Below, in pieces: positions 1 to 13,431 of a stretch of 64,000 nucleotides of DNA. The stretch spans positions 1 to 64,000 of the forward strand of contig JAVKOQ020000015.1 of NCBI GenBank assembly GCA_031835245.2, in the 5' to 3' direction. Source of the DNA: Balamuthia mandrillaris (Eukaryota). The position numbers were made by a program, and so were the translations under genes. The notes below the pieces were generated by a model that saw nothing but the letters and a program-made list of their open reading frames with translations, did no database searches and was not told the DNA's origin. Position 1 is the stretch's first letter. Every line of letters begins with the position of its first letter.

Positions 1-3000
1 TTATTTAATTGTAAACTTTATGTTCTTGTCAAATATTCTATTTTTAAAATAAAAATATCAAAAAACATTAAGTTTTTCACCTTTCTTTTTTTTTTTTTAA
101 GCAGTAAATAAAGCATTTCAGCAATGCAACACCTTGTTTGTGTTATTTTAAGACTATATCTGGAAAGTATTTTTTAGTTCTGTTTTTTAAATTTATTGTG
201 AGAGTGAATTATTTTGTTTTTGACTTAAATAATTAATTTCTCAAGTACATAATGTTTTCTAAGGCTTAAACCAATTGTATTCAATTTTCCATAGCCTGGA
301 ACATAGATAAGTAAATTTTCATAAACATAGCTTGTTTAGTTGTAGACTTAGCTTTTAATCATTTGTTTTTTTTTTTAACTTGGATAAAATTGCTATATTT
401 AAAAAAAATTTCAAAAAAAAATCACTCCAGAGTCAGGTTGTCCTTCTAAGTGACTACTCTTCTCTATACCAAACAAACCTTTCCAAAGGAACCCAATCTC
501 AATGCAATATTTCAACGGATATTTCCTTCTTCAAGTGAATGCAGGAATGAGAAGCGGGTGGGCCCATGCAGCCATTTTGTCTTAACGGAAAGATATGGCA
601 AGGCAGTGCCCCTGTCCCAACAATTTCCAGCATTGTTCTTTCACCAGTACTAAATGCTTTCAATTATTGGTTCATATGTAACAACGTAAGCCAATCAATC
701 AATTGAACGACCTAGGTTAATCTCCCCTTCTTTTCCCTGGAGCTTTCGAAAAATATAATGTTTTTTTCGCCCTTTTAAATAGTCATCCTTCGATAGCGCC
801 TTTCTATTATGGTTTTTCGGTTATTTTCTGTCGACATGTCTACAAAAATCCAAAATTTAACTCCTCAAACATTTTTTTTACAATTAAAGTTTATTTTTTT
901 ATTTTTTCACAAACAGTTCACACTTTTTCCACTTGTTTTTCCCCTCTTATTTTTTTAATTGTGTTTTTTCTTTTACAAAGTCTTTTTAAGTGAATTTTTT
1001 TTTTATTTTCTACCAATATTTTATGTCAACAACAATGCTACCTTCAACTTCAAAAAAAGTACATTGTTCACTTTGTTTGAATTTGATTCCTTGTCCTCAA
1101 TCAAATCAACTTTTTTGTAGCAAAAAATGTAAAAGGTTTGTTTATTTATTTTAAAAGTAATTTTTTTTGAATTATTATTTCTTATTCATTTTTATCTTGC
1201 TTCAAAGATCCTTTCACACTCAACAAAAACAAAAAATGATAATATCATCTGCATCTACTTCTTCTACAACTTCAACTTCCACCTTGAAATCATCATCATC
1301 ATCATCTTCTTCTTTTTTTTCTTCTTCTTCTTCTTCTTCTTCTTCTTCTTCTTCATTCATTCCCATTTTTTATGATGACAATGATGCTTTTAATTTTGAA
1401 GAAGATAATGATAGTTTTTTTGCAACATCAGATGAAGAAGAAAAAGAGAAGGAAAGAGAGACCAATAATGATGATTTTTATTTTTCTTCTTCTTCTTCTT
1501 CTTCTTTTTCTTCTTCTTTAATAGACTTGACTACAACATCAACAACTCCAACAACAACTTCTACTCTTTTCATTGATTTGGTAGATTGTTCTTCTTCTTC
1601 TTCTTCTTCTTCTTCAGAAAGTGAAGCAGAAAATGAACCAACAAAAACAAAAAGAAAAGAGAAAGTACAACCACAACAACAATCATCACAAGCATTACCA
1701 ACCACTACCCCATCAGCAAGAGTGTCTCGAGCTATTCGTATGCTTCCTTCTTTAATGTTAGAAAGATGGGAATACTTGAGTGCAACTTCTTCATGATGGA
1801 GTGATTCAACTTTGCGAAAACATGCCTGGGCCAGATTGATTTGGACAGCATTTTGTGATAAGTGGAAACTTGAACCTTTTCCTTTGGATGCAGATAAACA
1901 TCATCTTGGAGCATTTGTGGAATGGTTGGTGATGACTGTTGGATATGCTTTGACTTCAGCAAAAGATGTTATTGTGGCAAGTTTGTATCATATTCATATG
2001 GAAGAAACAGGAGGAGAGCAAGTACCACAAAAGATACAAGATACTGTGAATTTGGCAGCAAAGAAGTGCAAACAACGTGCTCCATCTTGTACAAGATCAG
2101 GAAGAATGAGAGATGCTTGTTTGAGGGATGATGTGATTCAAATCATAACGATGATTCCGGATGGTAAACGCAAAAAAGCAAGAGATGCCAGTTGTTGGTT
2201 GCATAGTGTAAGCACTGGAGCTAGAGCCATCACAGCTTCCAACATTCTTCTTGGACATTTTCAGAACTTCATCATCCAAGATCCCTCTGATCCTCACAGT
2301 CTCTGCTTCTTTTCACTTCTTCATCAAGTTACCAAAGGAAAACCAGGAGATTGGAATCACATGATTACTTTGGAAGGCTACCTTCATCCTCCTCCTCACA
2401 TCAACCCCACAGCTGACTTCATCTACTGGCTTAATCTTCATCTTCAAGAAACTCATTCTTTATGCTTAGAAGAGTTTTCTGCTTGGAATCTTTCTCCTCA
2501 ACAACAAGCTACTTCTTTGTGGGGACTGAGCCCTGATGCTTTGAATGCCAGACTGAAGAAATGTGCTAGCCAAGCCAACTATCCTCCAGGCCTCTTTACT
2601 TTCCATTCTTTGAGAGCTGGTTTCATTTGCACTGCTTTGATCAAGCAGGGTTTGAATGACAGTCAACAAAGAAATGCAGTACTGGAATCTACAGCTTTTA
2701 TTGCTGGTTGGCAGCCTTATGGACGTTCTCAACAACGTTATGTGAAAAGCACTGCTATCAAATCCATGGTTGCTAATAGATTAGTTTCTTCCTCAGGTAT
2801 TTTATTTTTTCTTTTTTTTTTAATTTGAGAAAGAAAGAAAAACTTATCTTACTTTTTATTTTCTTTTGCACATACAATCAATTAGGTGAAGCCTCTTCAA
2901 CCAGTTTGATGGATCCAACTTTAGTTACCAAAGAAGTATTTCATAATTTGAAAGAACCTTTGACTTCAAAGTGGTCTTTACAAACTAATTATGAAGCCTT

Positions 3001-4000
3001 TTATGACAAAGTTATGGAAAGGTTGGTGTATTTTTTACTTTATTATTATTATTATTTTGTTTATTTTGTTTATTTTTCTTGTGCTTAACTCACTCATTTT
3101 ATTCATTAATTTTTATTTATTTTAGATTCCAAAGCAGAACTGATTTATCCAAGTCAGATCATGCTAAATTATGCAAGTCTTTATGGCAAAAGTGCTTACA
3201 TGCATGGATAGACAATCATGAAGATGAAGTTGAAGAAGAGATGAGCCAGGAAATGGAAGCATTCAAGCAAAGAAATAACTCTCAAGATGCATCATCACCA
3301 CCACCACCACTTAATCACATCAAAACGATTGTTGGAAGAAGACATATTGCAAGCTTGTTGGCAGGCAACTTTCAACTTTTAGATGAGCTTTTGGAAGCAT
3401 TCATAGAACCTGCATTACCTCATCTACAAAACCATTCACCTTTGAAGCAAGTACCTTACAAAAAATGAAAAAATGGACCCTTTCAACTTCAAACTTCTAC
3501 TCCAAGAACTCGCATCAAAACTTCCAATCATCGTCAACATCAACCTTGGAGTGATGAAGAAACAAAAGAGTTGATTCATTTGCGTCTTCATAAAAAAGCT
3601 ACTTGGGTTGAGATTGCATCAACTTTACCTCAGCAACTCAGGACAAATGTGGACTGCAAAGACAAATGGAGAAACTTAATGCTTAAGTATGGTAGTGAAA
3701 AAGCTATTTGTCAACATTTTAATATTTGATTTTGTTTGTTTTTTATTTTCTATTTTCATGTTGAAATGTTTTTATGATATTAAGTTTTTTTTTATGTTGT
3801 TGTTATTTCTTTATCTTCAACATTTTTTTCTTAGTATTATAAAAATATTTTAACAAAACTGCCTTTTTATTGATATTTACAACTTTAGAAAAGATTAAAA
3901 AAAATTTCATCACAATATAAGTGTATCTATTTTAGACTTAGTTTTTTATGATATTTCTTTAAGTTACAAGGAGAGGCTAGCTTAGGTTTAAGAGTACTCG
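1..4000 (+). mobile_element. Putative Crypton-like YR element 1 (AT-rich; left end not defined)
   Basis: AT-rich block carrying YR copy 1. It ends in TAGGTTTAAGAGTACTCG immediately before telomeric repeats, where base composition changes abruptly. Confidence 0.6.
1023..3729 (+). pseudogene. YR-telobox copy 1: N-terminal CxxC...FCSxxC zinc motif, tyrosine recombinase, C-terminal telobox Myb domain; two in-frame TGA stops
   Basis: Exons 1023-1135, 1208-2796, 2886-3021 and 3126-3729 join in frame through GT-AG introns. YR catalytic motifs: GAR (box I Arg), QVTKG (Lys), FHSLRAGF (HxxR), IAGW and QRYVK (Tyr). The last exon reads PWSDEE...TWVEIA...RTNVDCKDKWRNL. In-frame TGA at 1794-1796 (copy 2 has CGA/Arg at the aligned position) and at 3466-3468. 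Confidence 0.88.
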
Positions 4001-4020
4001 CCCCTAACCCTAACCCTAAC
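4001..4020 (+). repeat. Interstitial telomeric repeat C(CCCTAA)3C
   Basis: cccctaaccctaaccctaac, the complement of TTAGGG repeats. Confidence 0.9.
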
Positions 4021-6786
4021 CTAGCCGACGTCGCATTCCCGCTAGCAGCAGTGGCAGCATCGCGAGCAGTAGCCAGGAGAGCAGCCAGCCCAGCGATGCT
4101 TTGGCCCGTGAACGTGCTGAGCTTAGTCAGCTCATGTTTACTGCCACCCAGACCTCGGCAGAACTCATTTTAAACAAAGGTACTATATTCAACTAACCCG
4201 TTGGTTACACCACCACCGCACTTTAGGGTTTTTATTTTGTTTGTTTGTTTGTTTGTTTGTTTGTTTGTTTGTTTGTTTGTTTGTTTGTTTATTTGTTTGT
4301 TTGTTTGTTTTGTAGCATTTCATTGGTTGGTTTGCATTGTAACTTAAGGCTTGTATGTTTCCAGTGGCTGCTATTGGTAGCCCAGAGGCCGAGGCTGAGA
4401 TCCTCAGCAAATTTAACCCCGGCAATCGTGCGTTCTTTTTAACCCTTTATCTCTCTTTTCTCTTTTCCTTTTGTCCATCATTGTTATTTATTATGGTTAT
4501 TGCTGTTGGGGTTTTTGCTTTATTTTTTGGTTTCCTTGTGTGTAACTGAGCCTCTTTGTTTTTCTTTCTACCTACCGCCGACCAATCAACCAACCAACAC
4601 CCAACCAACCAGACCCTTGGAGAGTACATCTCAGGATAGGTGTCTTGAGCGGTAACACTCGCTTAGCCACACTGCAAGCCTTGCTAAAGGCAAAGCAAAC
4701 AGCAGTCAATGCAGCAGCAGCGGTGGCAGCAAGTTCAGCATCGCTATCCCCTGCTGCTGCTGCTTCACTTGGCCTACCTTCATCATCGCAAGAGAGCTCC
4801 ATGCCTTCTGGTGGGACCATCAGCAGCATTCTCTCCACTCCTCCGTCAACTCCGCTGAGAACCACAGCCATTGTAGCTGCCTCGCCGACTAGCCCCTTCT
4901 CTGCCTCTTCATCAGCTGTTGCTGCCTCTTCTCCTCAGCAGCAGAGGGTGGCGGCAAAGTTGTCGGACAGCGATCTTAACGTGATGTATCGTTCGGCTAG
5001 CGATGTAGTACGGTGCTATCACCTCGCCGGCGAGAATGGCGCATGGTTATCACCCGTCATGCCCATCTACGGTAGATTTTTTAATATTATTCATCTTCTA
5101 TCACTGCCAGTGCATCAGATTGTGTCCATGGTGGAAGATCCCAACACCAAAGTGAAGCCCCGAGAATGGTCATTTGCAGACACGTTGCTGAAACTGGCCA
5201 ATGCCGTGCAACTATCAAAAACTGAGTATGTTCTTCTTTTTGTTTGTTTGTTTATTTGTTTGTTTGTTTGTTTATTTGTTTGTTTGTTTGTTTTATTTGG
5301 CTGGCCCTTGGTTATCTGACCTAACTACCTCTCAACTTACTGCTATGTGTATGTGTTGTGTTGCATTGTCAGTGCAATGGATCAGATTCAAAGTAACAGG
5401 GCCTTGAAAGTGGCACTTGCTGCTGCAGAACATATTTTCGATGAGGCCAAATCAAAGAAAAGCCTACCTCCACGGGAGACGCTCCCCTATTTTGTGCTCA
5501 CCAAACAGGATTTGCCAGCAGCTCATGCGAAATCCTTTACACTCAACGCTTTTCGACAAGATCTCTCCCTGGTGGAGCATATGTCCATCGATGTTATTTC
5601 CCAACTGGCAGCAGAGAACCGGGGTCTCATTTCGAAAACCGACTTTCATCTACTGCACCCCTTGGCTCCAGCCATCCAGAAGCAGTTGGTGTTTTATTAT
5701 TACATTCCCATGGTGGTCAGCCCTCCGTCTGAAGTAAATACAGAGCAAAGCAAAACCTTTCTGAGGTTTTGTAGACGAAAGGTCCATCCGTTTATCATTA
5801 TCTATTTGTTTGTTTGTTTGTTTGTTTGTTTGTTTGTTTGTTTGTTTGTTTGTTTGTTTGTTTGTTTGTTTGTTTGGGTTGGTTGCTTGGTTGTTCAATT
5901 AGTGGTTGGAAGGAAAGTACTAACTCTCTCTTGCTCACTTTGGATGGCTGCAGGCCCAGAACGAGGGAATCATCCAGGAATTGGGTGATATCATGGCCAA
6001 TGGCTTACGCTGCCATGGCAGCATCGTTGAAGGACCTTGGATCGTCAACGGTCTGGAAAATCCACGGTGGAAGTGGCTGGCGCAATCCATTCGCAAAGGT
6101 CATTGGGATGTGTTGCATCAAGCCGCTCTTGGTCTTGATCGTGGCAAAGAAGTCTTGCCGCCGATGGATTCATCACAACAACAACAACCGTTGGATGCTA
6201 CTTCCTCCCAATCTAGCAGTAGCAGCAGCAGCAGCAGCAGGTTTTATGAGACACCAACTGGAAGTTGGATCCGTAACCTCATTAACGCTGCAGTGTATAG
6301 CATTCTGAAGGAGGTGCCCTCCTCGGATGAACGGCGCAACCGCAAAGGACGCATTTTTCAGGGTTCCTTCACCCGGGAAGAACTGTTGTTAGTATATAGA
6401 CAACTCCCTCTTGGCCTGCAGAAACTTTTTATGTTATTACGGGCCAAAACTATCCAGTATGTTGCTTCTCTTTTGCTTGGTTGCTTGCTTGCATGCAATG
6501 CAAGACATGTTATCCTTGCCGCCTCTCTATATTCCCTTTGCTTGTTTACTCACTCACTCGCCCCCTTGCGTGCTTGCTCATAGTGATAGCGCAACACACG
6601 AGGAGAATACCCGTTTGCCACCGCTGCGCCAAGAATGGTTGAACGAGTCATCTTTGGCAGATGCCCTAATGTCATCTATCCCCTCAAAGCCAACAACCAG
6701 CAGCCATCGAACCAAAGTGCAACAAGAGATGATATCAGAAGGAGGAGAAGAGGAGGAGGAAGAAGAAGAGGAAGAAGGTGAAGAGC

Positions 6787-6818
<32 letters not shown>

Positions 6819-7650
6819 GAAGCAGTAGTGATGGAGGAAGATCCAGAAGCCTTCTTACATCCCCCATTGGACCGCCAGCAATTAGAGCAGGCAGCCCGAA
6901 TGGAAGCAATGGTAGAGAAGCAGTATTCTGCCAAGGAAAAGTTGTTCCAATACCGTATGAAGCTAACCCATTATTGTCCTCCTTTTACGGTGCAAGAAGC
7001 CTTGGCAGAGAACGCGTTGAACTTTGCCAGTCTGAAATCCTTGAAAGGCATGCGCATTTCTACCAGCATCAACCTTTCTGGACCTTTGGAGGATGTCAAG
7101 CGGTTGATGCTTGCTGTTCGTCGCTGCTTGGTGAAGGAAGCGCAACAACATAATGCTCCGCTGGAGTTGGATCCTTTGGATAGAAAGCTCTGGAAGACAC
7201 GCATTCGTCATCCGGTTCGTTCTCAACTGGAGCGAGTGTGGCCGCACATCACACTGGAAAAATCCAGGAAACCTGAGCGACGGCAAAGCAAAAGCAAAAG
7301 CAAAAGCAGCAACAGCAGCAGCAGCAGCAAAAGCAAGAACAAGAGTAAAGCTAGCAGCAGCTCTGCTACCGCAAACATGCCAGCAGACCCGTTATACAAT
7401 GCAGCTGCTATTGTGCATGTAAAGGACTTGCCTGAGCTGGATGCTATATCACCACTCGCGGCTGATTGGTAAGTTGTTTGTTTATTTGTTTGTTTGTTTG
7501 TTTGTTTGTTTGTTTGTTTGTTTGTTTGTTTCATAGGAAAGGAACAACTCACCACTCACTACCAACCTCCTCCCACTTACTTTCCTTTTAACATTTTCTC
7601 TTTCTTTCTCTCTCTTTTTCTTTTTCTTTGTTTCTCTTTCTTTCTCTCTT

Positions 7651-7694
<44 letters not shown>

Positions 7695-9371
7695 TCTCTC
7701 TTTCTCTCTCTGTCATTCTCCAGGGATTTACAATATGTGGATCAATTGGATAACAAAACATGGCAGCCTATCCATACCACCTCTACCCAAGTCGGCAATA
7801 CAGAAATGAAGAGGGAAAAGCATCGTGCCAAACGCCATTCTGTTAGGCACCAAAAAGCCATGGACAAGCTGGCTCAGAAGAGCAGTGAGCTGCAGCAAGA
7901 TATCTCTGTTGATGCCAGCCCCTGTATTGACTTGACAGAGTTTTTTGGGCCTGACCTTCGCTCTTTTGCTGCTGTAGACCAGAGTAGTTTGGATGATGCG
8001 GAGTTTAGTCTCGATGATGGCAGTATCCTGGGTGGAGGTGGTGGTGGTGGTGGTGGCGGTGGTGATAGTGGAAATGCTACCTCAGCTGGTGTGTTCGCAG
8101 ACACAATGGACCTAGCAGCAACAGCAGAAACAGCGCAGCAAAAACCAAGCTCAACAAAGCGCCCAAGAGCTATGTCTTCCTCTGCTGCCTCTTCCTCTCC
8201 TGTGACAAGCAAGAAGCCACGGAAGGCAGATGATGATCAACAGTTGTTGAAAAAAAAGAAAAAAAAGCAGCAGCAGAAGCAGACACAGAAGGACAAGGAG
8301 AAGCAGAAGCAAAAGCAACAGCAGCAGAAAAAGAAGAAGGAGAAGGAAAAGGAGAAGCAAAAGCAGAAGCAACAGCAGCAGAAAAAGAAAGAGAAGGAAA
8401 AGGAACAAGAGAAGGAGAAGCAGAAACAACAGCAGAAAAAGAAACAAAAGAAGACTATGGCCACCGAGTCAGAGGAGTCCGAGGCCTCATCCGCATCAGA
8501 GGCATCAGATAAGTCGGAGGAGTTAGAGACCTCATCTGAGTCAGAGGCATCAGATAAGTCAGTAGAGTCAGGCAAGTCAGAGGAAGAGGAGGAAGAGGAA
8601 GAGGAAGAACCCAAGAGGACAGAGAAGCCTGCAACTTCCACCAAGTCTACTGCTCCTAGCATCAGCAGCAGCAGCAGCTCCTCAGATGATGATGATGATG
8701 ATGAGATGGCCAGTCTCATGAGCCTTGATATCACTAATGTAGCAGGTAAGAGGCGCTCACGTTTGGTGTTACTTACAACAACTCACATATGCATTAACCA
8801 CACTTGCATGCATGCATGCATGCATGCAGATACACGTGATGGTGCTGGAGATAGCAAAACAAAGTCAGATATCCCCAACAAGACAGCTCCTTCAACAGGT
8901 GCAATGGTGGATAAAGAGATTGATGATTCCATACTGATAGACGTGTTAGAATGTATGTATTTTTATTTTATGTGTCTATTCGAGTTTGGTTCTCTATCTG
9001 TCTGTCTGTCTGTCCATTCGTCCGTCAGTTTTTCTACTAGCTTTGTGTTTTGTCTTTGTTTTGTTGGTTTACTGGTTTTCTGTTTGTTTGTTTGATGTTT
9101 ATTTGTTTGTTTGTTTGTTTGTTTGGTTGTTCTCTTCCTCGTGGTGTTTTTTTTTTGTTTTTGGGCTTTTCAGTTGCAATTCTATGCTTATGCAGTGGCG
9201 CTCCGTCGGAGCGGCAGCTTTTTAGCTCCAGTTTTGTTCTTATTATTATTTGTTTTTTTGTTGGTTGCCTTTTTGGTGTTAATTGTTTAGCGCTCCAGTG
9301 GAGCGCTATCTTTTTGGTGTTTGTTTACACTGTTATGCCTTTGTGATTTCTCATTCAAGCCTTACTGATTT

Positions 9372-9403
<32 letters not shown>

Positions 9404-9475
9404 CTAGTATCAAAAAAACCTGCTAATGACCCAGCAAAACAAGTAGCAGCAGCAGCAGCACAAAATGAAGATGAG

Positions 9476-9507
<32 letters not shown>

Positions 9508-9796
9508 AAAAGAAAAAGAAAAAGAAAAAGAAGAACCAAAAGCAGCAGAAGCAGAAGCTGGCGAAAAAAAAGCAGAAAAACAGAAAGAAGAGGAAAAGAC
9601 AAGTGCTACCAAGAGCCCTAGCAGCAAATCTACACGCAAGGCTGCAGCTGCTGCTCAAAAGGCTATTGCTACTGCTGCTGCCAAATCATCTTTGCAAAGA
9701 GCTGCTGCTGCCGTGGCTACCTCATCTAGCAGTAGCAGCAGCAGCAGCAGAAAAGGAGCCACAACTCGTTCACAACGCCGTAACTCAGGCAGGTGA
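4020..9796 (+). CDS. Unknown multi-exon protein (S/A/Q/E/K low-complexity tracts), apparently 5'-truncated at the telomeric repeat
   Basis: The frame PSRRRIPASSSGS...DALARERAELSQLMF runs back to the TAA of the last CCCTAA with no ATG upstream of this segment. Later exons overlap ORFs 4645, 5347, 5981, 6411 and 7494. The last exon ends SGR-TGA at 9794-9796. Introns are (TTTG)n-rich. No domain recognised. Confidence 0.6.
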
Positions 9797-10364
9797 TCTC
9801 TTTCTCTTTTTAGTTAGTTATATTAGTTTGGTTGTTTGAGAGAAAGCTTGAGTTAGTTGGTTGATTGGTTGGTTGGTTGGTGGTAATAATACTGGTTAAA
9901 CAATGGATGGATGGATGGATAGATGGATGGATGGATGGTAGAGTAGTGATGGTGGTGATGGTAAGAGTTGTTAAGCATAGCATGGTGAGTAAAGGAGTGA
10001 GTGACATGACAAACAAGCAAAAACAGTAGTTAGTATTGTTGCAAATAATAATACTAATAGACAGACAACAAGAAATGTAAATAAACAAAGAATGAAAAGG
10101 CAATTATAAAAATGAATCTCCTACTACTGCTAGATGTAAAAAGGGAGAAAGAAAGAAAGAAAGAAACGACAAGAAAGAAACGACAAGAAACAATCAAGAA
10201 AGGAAAGGAAAGGAAAAACAAAAACAAGTCTCCAAATAGTTCTCATTCTTTATTATTATCTATATCTTCATTCATCCATCAGACTAGACTTACTAACTTC
10301 GTGTTTCTTTTGTTTCTAATATTTGTTGTTTGTGTTTGTGTTTGTGTCTACAATTTACTTGTTT

Positions 10365-10366
<2 letters not shown>

Positions 10367-10399
<33 letters not shown>

Positions 10400-13367
10400 A
10401 CAGAAGATAATATATCTATTCCTGCTGTCTTTGACAAACCATCACTACTAAACAACAACAACAACAACAACAAAGAGGCAGCAATAGCAACAACAGTAAC
10501 AGCAATAGAAGAGGATGATGAAGTAACGATTGTCTCAATATCATCACCCTCATCCTCATCAACAACATCTTTCAATCATCACTTTGCTCCCTATCAGGCT
10601 CTCAACACTCGGTCATTCGTTCGCAAGCAGTTTTTGGATCATTATTTGTTAAAAACACCACCACCAGCAACTGTTGTTGCTTCTGCTCCTGTTATTGTTG
10701 TTGATAATCCTGCAGAGCTTTTTTCACCTCCTCCGTTTTCTGCATCACCCTTTTCATCCACTACCACCACCATCACCGCCACTTCATCATTTACTCAATC
10801 ACAACCACAACAACAACAACAATCTTTAGAAAGGATGACCTCTTCTTCTTCTTGTTCTTCTTCTTCTTTTTCTTCTTCTTCTTCTTCTTCTTCTTCTTCT
10901 TCTTCTTCTTGTTCCCCTTCTTCTCCTCCTCCTCCTCCTCCTTCTTCTTCTCTCCCTTTTTCTCCTCCTCCTCCTCCTCCTCCTTCTTCTTCTTCTTCTT
11001 CTTCTTCTTCTTCAAATTCAGAGTCCTTTGTCTTTGAGAACAATGACGGTGATGTTATGGATAGCAACGGTGATAGTAATTTATCAGTATCATCATCATC
11101 ATCTTCATTAAGAGGAAGAAGAGGAGGAGTAGAAACAGAGGAAGATGCAAGAAGCAAAACAACAACCCCACCAACATTGATTGATTTGTTATTGTTGACT
11201 GAAGACGAAAAAGAAGATAAAGAAGAACACAAAGAAGAAAAACAAGGAAAAAAGAGAAAAATAGAGAAACAACAAAATAGAGCTAGAACAAATAATGATA
11301 ATGATGACGATGATACTACACATGGCAGCAGTAGTAGTAATGGTGGTGGTGGTGATGGTGGAGGAAGACGTCTTTCTCGTGCTATCACATTGATGAACCG
11401 TTTGACAGAAGAGCGGTGGACAGAGTTGACGGCAGTGACGAGTCGATGGAGCCCTTCTACCCAACGTAAACATGCCTGGACTTTGGCCATCTGGGAAGCA
11501 CATTGTGCGCATCATAAATGTTTGCCAGCTCTTCCTTTGAATCTCCAACGTCATAACGTAGGAGCCTTTGTTCAATGGTTGATTTTGGATGTGGGTTATG
11601 CCTTGAGCTCTGTGCGCAATGTCATGATTGCCAGTCTTTATCGTTTGCATGATGAAAGTATCCAACAACAGCTTGACTCCCTTTCTGCATCCTCCTCCTT
11701 CTCCTCTTCTTCTTCCTCCTCCTCCTCCTCCTCCTCCTCTGTTTCCTCCATGATCTCTTCAACTTCAGCATCATCATCATGTACCACTTCTCTCCCACCT
11801 TCTCCTTTATCCAGAACCCTTCTTGGTGATGGTGTCACTCGAGCAGCAACAACAGGAGCGACAAGATGCACTACAGCACTGACAACAACCTCAGACCATG
11901 CTTACTTGTTGTTGCTAAAAAACCAAATGGATGCCATCAAAGATCAAGTCAAACAGGCCATTCGACATTGCAAAAGAGCCAAACCCTCCTGTTCTAGCAA
12001 ACAATTGTGCAAAGACGCATGTTTGTTAGATGATGTCTTACATATTATCGCATCCACTCCAGATGGACTGGTGAGCAAAGCTGCTGAAGCCAGTTGTTGG
12101 TTACACAGTGTTTGTACTGGTGCCAGAGCCATTACAGCTGCAAACATTCGTTTGGGTGATATTGTGGCATTTCGACCTAAACTTTCATCCTCCTCTTTTA
12201 ACAACAACAACAACAACAACAACAATAATGACAACATCAGCTGCCATCACCAAGAGGATGCATTTTCTGCTCCTCCTCTTTATTTCCTTTCGTTGCGCCA
12301 ACAAGTCACCAAAGGAATACCAAATCATTGGAATCATGTCGTTACATTTGAAGGTTATTTAACACCACCACCACCACTACCATCATCATCATCGCGAGGA
12401 TCATCTTCTTCACCATCACCATCACCATCATCACCACTTAGGACCGCTGCTGCTACGACCTCTGCTGCTGTTACCACCCCTGCTGCCACCACATCAACAA
12501 CATCAACACCAAGCATTTGTCTTGGAGATTTTATTTACTGGTTAAACAAGCATCTGTTATGCAAGCATGGTTTGGATTTGCGCGAGTTTCACAACTGGCG
12601 CTTAACAGATACACAAAAACAAACATCATTATGGGGATGGTCACGCGATACTTTAAATGCCAAGTTGCAAGATCGGGCTGTTCGGGCTGGTTATCCTGAA
12701 GGATTGTTTTCCTTTCACTCCTTGCGTGCTGGCTTCCTTTGCACTGCCTTGATTTTGGAGGGACTGCAGGAAGGTCATAGTCAGAACAATGTACTGGATA
12801 CTACTGCCCTTATCGCAGGTTGGGTACCTCGTGGTAGATCCCAGCAAGTCTACGTCAAGGATACATTAAAACGTGCTATTGTGGCCAATCGCTTGGTCAG
12901 CAATGTTACCACCACTCATCCTCATTCTTCTTCTTCTTCTTCTTCTTCTTCATCATCTTCATCCTCTGTTGCAACTACCACTGCTGATTATCATCCCCCT
13001 CGACATTGCGGTTCGTTACTGCTCATCTGATTTTTGTTTTTTCTTTTGTTTTTTCTTTGGCTGGGCTGGCTGCCTGACCAGCGTCAATAAATCACCACCA
13101 CCACCACCACCACCACCACTATCACTTGATGGACTGACTTGCTCTCTTTTTGGTTCTTTTTATTCTCACTCCCTTGTATACATACAGTTATTGCTCCAGA
13201 GCTAGTTACCAAAGAAGCATTTCACAATCTATCCCCAGATGCTTTGCAACAATCCAACTGGTCTGCAGATACCAACTATCAGAGTTTTATTCATGCTGTT
13301 CGCCAACGGTTTGTTTGTTTGTGTTTGTTTGTTTGTTTTGTTTGCATAGTATCCACCACCATCACCA

Positions 13368-13431
<64 letters not shown>

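Noticed and set aside
450..653. 67-aa ORF in a slightly GC-richer patch upstream of YR1
   Set aside because: GTG start, no recognisable motif and no splice support. An element-internal function cannot be excluded.
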